Virus record (IMG/VR): IMGVR_UViG_3300033067_000168
Location: 1 to 50,022 of that record
Direction: 5' to 3' (one strand)
From: a virus
Lineage: Duplodnaviria > Caudoviricetes
Length of the DNA stretch: 50,022 nt
Positions 1 through 12,000 of this stretch are shown piece after piece. The position numbers and the translations under genes are program-made. The stretch's first letter is position 1. Each line of letters opens with the position of its first letter. The notes beneath the pieces were generated by a model. It did no database searches and was not told the DNA's origin. It worked only from the letters and a program-made list of their open reading frames with translations.

Positions 1-3000
1 CCGTTACCAACTTCATATGCCTCAACGAATACTTCTAATCCTTCAGCCGCAGCGTTGAAGTGTATCTTCTTAGTGTGCCAATTGACATTGTATGTCACAT
101 CAGTGTATTGGGCATTTAGATTCTCATATAATCTAATCATGCGACCGTCAACATCTTTGATAAAGACTGACAAACCTGTTCCATTTGCAACTAACTCATC
201 AAAGTCTACAACTCCATCAGTAACCGTAGCGTTCAATTGAACCATGCTAAAGCCCATACCCGTATACCAAATTTCATCTACGTTGTCGATGTTCCAGTAT
301 GCACCAGGTGCAGTCTTGACATTGAAATTCAATGAGTCGGATACTACGCCTGCTACTAATTCTTCAGGACCGTAACCGTACAAGAAGTCATGTCCCTTAA
401 CTACGTAAGTAGGATCTTCTGTCTTGATATTCAAGATGTTATCGAAGTTAATACCGTTGTTAGTCTGAACTAATGTTCCGTTCAAGCCAGTAATGTTAAA
501 CGTTGTGCCGTCGAAGTAAATGCTGTTTACTTCTTCTGCTAACAGCTCAAGGTTGTAATGACTGACCCAAGACATACCGTCAGTAGATGTTAATACCAGT
601 GTTGCTCCACTATTGTTTTGTGTGCCCACTGCCATAAACATTCCGTTACCGTATGCAACATCAATGATATCTTCAGAAACCGTAGTATCAATAGTTCCCA
701 TTGTCCAGTTCGAAGCATTGTAACTATACATTACTAAACCATCTTTACCTACTATAACAACAAGGTCGTCTGATGAGGCAACTGACATTGGCTTGTACAA
801 GCCTGTCGATGGCTCTAACAGTTCCCAAGTTGTACCGTCGATACTTAACAATATTCTAGATACTTCTTCACTTTCAGGGAACGCAGTACCTAAACCTGAG
901 ATAATTTTATGACCATATCCTACTGCTACGTATGTGGCATGTACGCTATTGTCAAGGTATGCGACTTTTCGTAAACTAGTTGGTAATCTATCACCGAATG
1001 TGTAGCGTTCTACCCAAGTTAAACCGTTCGTTGATTCGTAAATACCTTGATTAGTTGCAAAGAATTTTCCGTTCGCAACAGAAATATTTTCGAATGGCTT
1101 AGCAACTACATCTAATGTAAATGTGTCATACACACCGTCATCGTAATCGACAGTATCAAATGTTGTTTCTTTACCAAGTGTGATCCACTTCTTAGCGTCA
1201 AAACTAACAAACATTGGACTGTTTGCATTACTTGTGGTAATCACATACGTATCGTTGTGATATGAGAAACCAGTGATGTTCATTGGTGTAGCTGACAACG
1301 GTACAGTATCCCATGTTAAGTTTTGATTCTTAACGAATACAAGCACACCTTTGCGAGTCTCAGCAACAATCACGTAAGTTGGCTCAGATGCGTCTGAAGT
1401 GAAAATTACTCCCTTGATATCTGAATCATTCAACGTGAATTCGTTGTTGTTCAAAATGATATCTAGCGGTAGTTCTTCACCAGGTGCAAAGCTATTACCG
1501 TAATAAACTGTGTTAGGATAAGTAACGCCAGACACTAACTGTTGTGCATCTTTCGGAGGCATACCTGCTGTAGGTGCATAGAATCCTTCAATACGATCCA
1601 ATGCTGATAATGACCAATCATTACTTAGAACCGGTGCCCACTTAGAAGCATCAAATGTAAGGTCGTTGTTGCTTTCTTTACAAGCCCAAACAATTCCAGC
1701 ATAAGATACTAACGAGATTGATTGATGGCTATAGACATAATCATCAGCAATTGGCTCAGGTAAATAAACGTAATCACTACCGACAACACCGTAGTTATCT
1801 AAATCAGTATTCTCACCGTTCCATGCAAATGCATCATACTTAGCACGGACTGTTAAGCTAGGCTCAGTATAGATATATAATGAAGTATCGTCTTTAGGCT
1901 TAATATAGAATTTAGAGAATGTTGGTACTGCGGTTCCAGTGATTGACGCAATGTACATGCCTTGAGTACTATCTACCCATTTAACAAATATAGTAGCATC
2001 ATTTACGTTATCAACTCCACCCAATGCAGAACCCTTTACAATTATTGTATAGTTGTCAGTGTAGATTGAACCTGGATCGATAATCTTCATCGTGTAGTTT
2101 GATAGAACTTGTCCGCCAGTGAACGAAGGTCTATAAATCTCAACACGTGCTTTTCCATTTGCACCGTTTAAAATTTCTGGGATGATTCCATCTGTTACTC
2201 TGAACAAATAAACAATTGCTCCGTCTAAATTACCTGGAGCTAGTGAACTAGATGAGTAATCGATTGTGACTACAACTTTGCCGTTGTCATCTTCTATACC
2301 AGTAATCGGTAGTGTTGAACCCTGACGGCTAACTGCTACATCATCTTCACTACTTGAAACGTTAGATGATGAAGCATCGTTGTCTAAGCTATTAAACGGA
2401 CCTGACCAATATGTATTAGGTGTCCAAGGTGTTACCTTACTGTCATATGAAATTCTGTCAAATTTCATTGTAGTAGTTAGACCTCTAGTAGTAGAAGTTT
2501 GAACGTTTACAGTTGCACGAGCGCACACACCTACAGTGATAACATATCCAGCTAAGATGCTAGGAGTTTTAAATACTACCGCTGATAGTTTATGTATTGC
2601 ATGGTAGTAAGTATTGTGGAATGTGATAGAGTTACCATGATTGTTAATATAGTAGTATCCATCAGCTAACACGAGTCTGCTTGAAGAAGTTGTGTTCTTA
2701 ACTTTAACTAGTGTTCCTGTGTCTAAGATACCTGCCGCATCGAAGTAAATTGAGTTAGTATCAATCTTAATTAAGTCTGTGGCAGTTGAATCGTTTACAT
2801 CAAAATTAGATGCAGTTAACTCAATGCTATTTTCAATCACGATTTCAGGAGTTACCATGTAACCTTCACCTGGATCAATTACAGTGATACCCACTACTTT
2901 GTCATTGTTCATAACTGCCGAGAACACTGCTTCTCGTCTAGGTTCTGGGTAGATAGAAGTATCTACATAAGCAAATACTTCAGGTTCATTCACGTATCCG

Positions 3001-6000
3001 AAACCAGAATCTACAACGCTCACGCCTGATAACACCATGTATACTGGTGTTCCCTTTAGATAAGATGCAGGGGTAGTTTGATTAACACCTCTAGTAACAC
3101 CTGAGAGCGCACCAGTGACTTTATTCAAACGAGTGTATGCAATTTGCTCATTGTCAATTTGCAGAATACCTTGTACAGGTAGACCATGCGGATTACTTAC
3201 CACTAAAGTAGTAGAACTGCTATTAATGTAATTCACTAAAGTAGAAACTAGTTGAACTTTACGTTCAGAGAAAGTTAGACCGAAATTAGTAAACCAGTCA
3301 TAGTTGTTCCCCGAAGCCCAAATTGTTTCGGAAGCAGTAAACTCATCAGTGTTCGATGCATTTCCAAAAACTAACTGAGGTGAGACATAACGTTGTGCGT
3401 TAGTGTCATAGTATGCAGGGATATCAAAGTCAGTTACAGTGCTTGCAACGGTCTCATCCACTGTGTATGACATTAAGAATTCTTTCATAACAACGTGATA
3501 AGGTTTTACTTCGTTGATGTATCCTTTTAACAATTCAGTATTTTCAACTGTGTATTTTGAAATCTGAGAAAGTTTACGAACATTGTAGTTGATATCCACT
3601 AAGCTGGTCTTATTCAACCATGGCAAGTTGTTCAATGATTCAATATTTTCACTTTGGATATATTCAAACATCATTGTCAAACTCTTATTACGGTGTTCGA
3701 GTAGAGGACCTACGAAAAGTTGTTCTGTGATTGCTCTAATGATATAGCGAGTCTCTTGTGCAGGGTATGCATCATACAAACGAGTATCATAGAAGCCGTT
3801 ACCGAAGCCAGTGTTGCTTGATCCGTACTCCCAAAGTGTGCTTAGGAACTGAATTGTGCCGTTCTCAACACCAACACGAACCCATGTAGCGTTTTGGTAC
3901 ACGTATACTTCTCTGTTACCGTCATTGTTTTTTGCAACAGAAACAATCATGTTTTCACGTGCGATGATTCTAGGCAAATCAGAAATAGCTTCTACTGATG
4001 CAGAAGGTCTATTCAACTCTGAGAAGCCTTCCTTCCACCAGTAAACCGGTGTCCAATACAATGTTGTATCAAAATCAGCGCCTGAAGCAGATAGCAATGT
4101 AGCATTGCCATATTCCATTACGGGATGTTGGCTTAGTACTTTGTTAGTGTAATGAATAAAGTTTTTCAATGCTTCTAAACGATTCACAAACATTGACTGT
4201 CTAGGTCTGATTCCAACACCATAGCGCATTTTAACAGGTAGAGTAGGATCGGGCACGATTGCACCGCTTGCATCTTCACCCACAAAACTATCTATGTATT
4301 TCTCATACAAACCAACTGGCATCGTGTAACCTTTTTTGACATCAACGAAGCCAGGTAAGAAGTCAGCCGGATAGTTTGTTCTGATTAACTTGTAATCTAC
4401 GTGACCTGCTGTATCGTTTGTAGTTGTGCTGTAGCCAATGTGTAACACAGTGTCAGTGCCGTAAATGTATTCACCTGCGTTATACAAACCATAAGTGTTA
4501 GAACGTAATGGAGCGAAATACGCAACACCTGATTCTCTAGGTTTAGCGATGTAACGTGCAATCGACATATCAGATAGAGTCTTGCCATATCTTGAATTTA
4601 AGATATCAGTATCACGTACCCAGAAGTAATATTTAGGAATTAGCTTGTCAGTAGAATCAGTTACAAATGTTACTGAATACTTCAACAAGTCATAAGGAAT
4701 ACCAGGACCTGTATATGCAGCAGGAGTCTCTGAGCTTTCTACCCATGAATAAACTGCAACATCACTACCGGGGAATACTTCACCCCAATGCTTGCTGTTG
4801 TAAACTACATCGTCTTGGTGGTAGTTTAAGAACTTGACGTTGCTAATATCAAACCAAATCTTACCAAGTTGAGTGCTATTCCAAACTAAGTTACCTGTAG
4901 TAGCACCCAAACTGTTGTAAGATGCAGGGTCGTTTGATGCAATGTAATCCAAGTTAGATTGTACTGCACCTAGCAACTTACCTTGTAATGGATCGATATA
5001 ATCCAAACTCATTTCAGTGACACCTGTCAAGTTGTCGAATAGTTGGACTTTGTTAATCTTATCTATGTTTACTACTTGGTCAGAAGTTCTGTGTACAGAC
5101 CAGTTTGGTTTACCTGTATAGTTTCTATAAATTGTTACTTTACCTGTAGACGATACTGCGTTTGGTGCACCAACAATCAATGTATTGTTATTGAAAGCTA
5201 GGGAAGCACCATATCTTGGGTTTTTATCAGTTGTTGGAGTAGCGTTGCAAGATTGTGAGTATACATACTTGCCTATGTTATCCAATGCTTCGTCATATGA
5301 ATCGATGTAATCGTACATGTACACTGCACCTGCATTGTTGTAACGCTCTTCCCAAACAGTAAGGTTGTTATCCAACACAGTATCATTGTGTACGTTATCA
5401 TCGTCACTAAAATCAAATTTTGTATTGACATAGCTAGAAGCTGTTGGAGCACCAACAACAAATGAGTTCTCGTTACTGAATGCAATCGTCTCACCGAACG
5501 ATGAGTTATGCTCAGGGTGAGGGCAATAGATTGTTTGAGATTTAGGATATGCAACAAAGCCCATCATAGTTAAATAATTACCGTTGAACACGCTAATACT
5601 TAACTTATTGAAGCTAGGAGCCAATGACATGTCACGCAATCTAATTATCAAACGACCACTAGTTTCATACGCAAATATGTTTGTAATGTTTTGTTTGTTA
5701 ATTTCGTTAGCGATGTTTACTGCTGTTCCCAATGGAGCCAACACTTGTGTGTTTGATGCGCTGTATGTACCTGTGCCTGAGAATGGGTATGAAGTTAATA
5801 CACCTTGGCTGTCATATGCTTTAAATTCTAATTCACCTGTAGTTCTGTTAACTACATAAACAGAATTTTCAGTTTGCCCAGTAGAAGCATTACGGAAACC
5901 AACTACACCTGATTCAGGTAGCAATGCTGCTTCATCTATAGAAATAAATGCAGATGTAGAACCTGACTGTACGGTTGATAGCAATGCGCATTCGTTCAAC

Positions 6001-9000
6001 AAGTTAACACGGAAACCGTTAATCAACATGTAAGTTGGCTCAATCAATGCAGCAGGGATAGTACCAACGAGTGCACCATAACGTTTACCTGCATCAGTAA
6101 ATCGATATACTGCGCCTTCGGCTGAACCTATAACTGCATTAGGTGCACCTACGATAATTTCACTGCCCTCAGTGTTACATGCAATAGCTTTACCAAATTG
6201 CTGATTAGAGTACATATCAGAAACATCTTCATTAATGAATGTTCCAGATAAAACCATATTATCGCTGTCGATTCTAACTAAGTCGCCGGCTACCATTTTC
6301 AAGTCACCGATGATAATCGCATTCAATACGATAACATATTGATTTGTTTTTAGAAGTTTATTGTTGACATAAACTTTTGATGAGATTGAAGGGTACCAAG
6401 GTAATCTTGCAACATAGAATGAACCTTGTGCTTGATCCTTGTCAACTTCCCAAGTCTCTGATAGTTTGTCGTAAGCGTAGAATTGACCAGTGCTTGTTAA
6501 TGAGCCACTGTATGAATGGTTAGGCGCAGTAACGAATAGTTTAGAACCGTCATAGTTTGTTGCTAATGCTGCGCCGTAGTTATCACCGTATGTCCATGCG
6601 ATACCATCAGGAGCAATTACTTCAGTCAACTCGTAGTTGATAGATGCAATGTAAATTTCAGTATCAGCAGAAATACTGTGAGTAAATTCATCAGTAGTAT
6701 AGAACGTTGTAATGTTAGTTGCAGAATCATACAAACCAGTAATCACTGTGTAAATTGCATCATCACTAAATGTTACTTTATAGACTGATGTTCCAGTAGT
6801 AATCGCAGAGAATGTTGGGTTTTCCCAGTATGCCGGTTGCTCATCGACATAGAACAACGTCACGTTGTTCACTGTGTCGTATGATGACATTACGATATTG
6901 AACAATCTGTTCTTCTCTACGTTTTCGTCAGTGAATGTTACCACGTCCCCGTTTGCCAATACACTTCTCTTATCACCGGCAAGTTTAAATGCAGGTCTAG
7001 AACCAGTGAATGCATCAGTTTGTGTTGCTGAGAAATCCGCAGAAAGAATACCAACATTGCTGTACGATGTTACGAATGTGATACGTTGACCTTCTTTGAT
7101 TTTAGATACAACGTTTCCAGAACACTTAAATTCTTTCTTGTAGACTTCAGTGCCCTCACTTAGCAATACACCTGAGCTAGTCTTTAACAATTCTTTTTCA
7201 CGACTAAACAAGAAAACTGCTTCGCTTGCTTCATCTTTAATTGTAGCGTAGATGTACTGGCTATTACCAGACACCGCTAAGGCTGTTCCCATGAAACCAC
7301 CTGCTACATTAATAGTTTGCTCTAGTACCGGAACTGATTGAGTTGTCGGTAAACGATAAACATACAAAGTACTCAACTCTGCGCTTGGGGCAGAGACTAC
7401 CATAATCTCATCAGTGTGAGTAATTACAGCACCGAAACCTGTGTTAGGTTTAGTGATAGTTGACTTCTTAATGTATCTGCCATCATCGTTCAACGAGATA
7501 TACTGATGCATCTGTCCATATTCACTGTCGCCAGCGAAATATCCAAATCCAGGAATATAGTCTACTGCACTACCTAGTGACTCAGAATAGAACCCTTCAG
7601 TAAGTTGACCGATAACATAGTTGTTACGTTTGTTGTACACTGACCAGCTGCCGTCCTTAGATTGGTCGACCCAAACTTTAGTAGAATCATACTCTGTATT
7701 CATCAACGGTAGATTAGGAATATCTCTAGGAGTGTTTACTCGTTGGCTTTGCAACAAGTACGCAAGACCTGTTCCTGTCACACTTGTAACACTGACTGAT
7801 AGATTCAATTCAACTACAACTGAAGATAGAGTAGGAACTGCTAGTACAGAATGGAAGCCGTTAATATCTGCGTTGAAGTTAATTACTCCGAACGATTGAC
7901 CCTCTAACAATCCGTGTGGTTTTTCGAATGTTATGTTGACAGTGCCGTTTAAGTTATTAGTAACTAAGGTCACAGGTGCATCAATCGCAACTGGGGTATA
8001 TACATCCCACTTGTTCTTATTGTTAGCTACCCAAATGTAATCGTTGCGATAAACCGCTCCGATACCCGCATCACTTAAATCATTGATAGTATAGCCCAAC
8101 TCAATTACGTCATCGAGGTTAACATATCCAGCGCTTGGGAGTATCTCACTTGCAGTAGAGTCAAGTTGAGGTAAAATATTTTCAGTGTTTAATGTTCTAC
8201 CGTAGTTAGATGCGTGGTTCAACGGAACCATTTGCTGTGCACCAACGACTGCCTCGTTCTTGATAATACTTACAATAGATGGATTACCGGTTAGTTTGTT
8301 TTCATCAACACTAAACTGCACAAAGTTTTGATTCAATGTGCCACCGAATTCAGAATTCTTAATAGCCCAGTTTTCATGTGCAGTATAGTTTACAGTGTCA
8401 GCTTTTAAGTTGATACCTTGCAAACCTTCTACTGCACTTACTGTTCCCTTATTACTAATCATCTCAGTGTACAGGTTAACTTGTGAGGCGTCATCCAAGT
8501 CTGCACCAGACAAGTAATCTCTTGGACGATATCCAATCAATGAGAAGCTCAACAAGTCGGCGTCGTTCGCAAGGTTAGCTCTATTCTTATCATAGAAGTA
8601 CAATGATTCGGCTGAACGTGTGCTTGCGTTAGGAATCATTCGCTGTTGAACCATCTCATAGCTTGTCTTTAACCAGTCACTATAGTTGAAAACAACTGAA
8701 GGTTGAATGACCGTAACGTTTGCCATGTAGTATTCATTTTTAAATTTAACTACAGTACCTTTTGCATATTTTTCGTTTGGAACCCAATCTTTGATATTAT
8801 CTTGGCTCAATAAGAAACCACCAGTATCAACTAAACCTTTCCATTCGGCTGTCTTTGTTCCACGAACATACAAACGTTGCTGACGCAATGCTGTCACTGG
8901 ATTATAAATCAAATCGCTGAAAACAGTTTCATTGTCAAAGATTACAACATGCTCAATGGTGCTAATTGTTCCGTTGAAATAACTCAACGCATCACCTGAG

Positions 9001-12000
9001 TTCAAACCCTTAACGCTAAACTCAGTTCCATTACGATATATTGACAAGTCATTTAGTTGGATTGGAATCAAGTTCTGATTCAAGACAAAGTTTTGTTTCT
9101 GTAACGTAAGTGACTGAACAATCGCATCTTCTCTGTTAATCTTGATGATGTTTGCAGAAGGGTTAACGTTAACAGTGCTTCCTACTTCCCAACCAGATTG
9201 AGCCCAGTATAAAACTTCTGATAACATTTGATCCCAAGTTAACTCGGTGCCGTTCTCAATGTCATCGAATATCATTCCCTGAGAAGCTAAGAATAAGCCA
9301 TACCCTTTGATGAATTCCATCAAGTGTTGTAGGGTAGTGAATTCAGTGCCATATGGAACTTTAGATTGTCTGTCATAGAATGTCTTTGCTACATTGACTG
9401 AAACAGAGTTAACTGTAATTTGGTCGTACAAACCTGAGATAGCAGTGAATACTCTAAAGTACGCTTTAGATTGTTTGTTACCGTAGACTGCATAACCTGC
9501 AGCGGTCTTTTGCACAATAATCGAACTGTATACGATTGCTTCTGTAGGCTGGTTGTTATGCAACAAGATAGAATAGCTCTCGTCGGGAATCAACATTGCA
9601 CCTGACGTTGTAGTTGAACTGTTTTCCATGTAGAATCTAATCATGTCTTTATCAGTAAAACCAGAAACTCTATAAGTCAATCGTACATCGGTGTTAGAGA
9701 AGATTTTAGTAATTTCTTCAGTGCCGTCGATTCCAAATTGTGTAGCATAATCAACAATCCAGTTTAGATACCCGTGTTTCGCAGTAGTAGAATCAGTACC
9801 GTAGATTGTCATATCTGACGGTTGTTTTCTAGCACGGTCATTTGACAAGTATTGATTGAATTCTTCGTTGTAGTAATAGTTGTCAACGTCAGCACACAAT
9901 GCAAAGAACTTTGCTGGGCGAGTCAATGCTAACAAGTGCATCATGTCAAACGGCCATGTGCTACTCTTTAAGTAGGCATATTCACCAGGACCAAAGTCTC
10001 CGGTTTTCCATGGACTGTTGAACTTACCAGGCTCATATAACGAGATGCAAGATGTGAACGGTGACACTAGGTTACCGTTAGAGTCAACTGGAAGAATGTC
10101 CAATAACTTATCGCGGATTCTAGTCTGGTTGATATACGAATCGCCGTTATTCCAAACGTATCCTTTACTGATATCAGTCCACATGACTAAGTTATCAGAT
10201 GTGTATGGAGCTGCACCGTAATGACTCTCCCACCATGATGGTTTATTTACAAGCCCTAGCATTTCCCATGGTGTAGCGTGTGGTGAAACTGTATCATACA
10301 ACCACAAGTAAACACCGCGCCAGTTACCCGGCTCGATAAGCTCTCCGGATAACTTGAATGTAGAACCTGAATAGTTCCAAGTGTATTCATTAGAAGAAAT
10401 ATATACCTGAGTGGTGTAGTCAATTCTGTTTTGACCTACCCAATTAATAAACTGAGTTTCGTAGATTTCTTTATGTTGCTGGTATGTTAACCCAACATCT
10501 CTGAAGTAGCCAGGTAGTACCTCGCCAACCGTCAATGGAATAGGCGAAGAGATTTTCAAGTTATTGTAAACTCTCTTTTCAAACTCTAGCACTAAACGGT
10601 CTCTAGCATCAACTAAGTAACCGTCAACTACGTCACCGTACAATTTAAACAACGATCCGTCGTGACCTTTAATGAAGTTCGATGGTGTGTTGTATGTGTC
10701 GTCATAAACTACTTCAGGTACGAACGCAGGGTACAGACCTAACTTAGTAGGTGTATTAGGAATAAAGCTACCAAATGTCTGGTCGTATTCATTGATAAGA
10801 ATAACATCATTCGGCAGTAGTTCGATTTGCAATTCAACCTGTGCTTCTGTCTCTGATACGATATAATCAATACCACGAATCAGCTGGACTGTTGAGATTA
10901 CATTATTGACAGTTCTAGTCAAATATACTAGTACACTAGAGTAGTTTGCAGATTTGAAGTCGTATGTTTTTGTAAGTAGGTAACTTGCTTTTTTAACTTT
11001 ATTAGTTGTCTTGTGTGTTGTAGATTTTAGAATGCGTCTTGCAGGAAGCATGTCGGACCAAAAGAAACTATTTGTTTCTGTCTTTGGTTCAGCGATGATA
11101 GCGATAACCTCATCCAATAATAGTGCATCAGTTTGAATATAGTCAAAATCGTTATTGACTAGTGTGCTCACTAACAAGTTTTTATATTTTACATACTCAT
11201 CACTGTTAAACTTCAATGAACTAAAGAAGTTAATATTGTTGTTTTGTAAGAAAGAAGCCGCGACTGGTAGAGGCGCACTGTTCTGTATGATGCGAGTGCC
11301 GTACGGTGTTAGGTCACCTAAATCACGATAGTTGTTAGGACCAAATGCGTTACCAACAAGCAAAGGTGCATTGTTGAAAATACTCTTATAGTGACCGCGC
11401 ACTTCACCTAAACTCAGTGATGTGATTGGTTTGTTATAAGGATTATGGTCTAAGTTAACCGGAATTTGATAGTAGCCTGCTTGACTTGTCTGGTCACTGT
11501 AAACCATAACTGTCACAGGTGTTCCTACTGCTGGAACAGTTGTCAATGTTATAATAGTTGTATTGTCAGTAGTCGAGACGGTGTAAGAGTCAGTACCAAC
11601 TCTTGCGTTGTCTACGTACACTACTAATGTAGGCCATTTCGTATCTAGTTGGTCTTTTACTTTTACATCACATGTAAACTTTGGAGAGTACGGTGTTCCA
11701 GTATACGTAAAATTCAAAATTTGATACTGGAAGCTTTCTTCAATTGCAGGTACCCAACCTAGTAAGCGAGTGTAACTATCATTTGTTTTCTGTGTGTATA
11801 CATATCCAATTGAAACAGGTGAAGTTACAGATTGGTTATTTAAACTATAGTGGAATTCGCTATTGTTCAATGATACATTGAATAATATATCGCCGATATT
11901 TTCTGCTGAATTGTATTTGACTGGAAAGCCCAAGACTACATCATCTGGTCCAGTACCACTTGCATATTCAAACAGTGTAGTACCTGCGAAGTCTGAACCA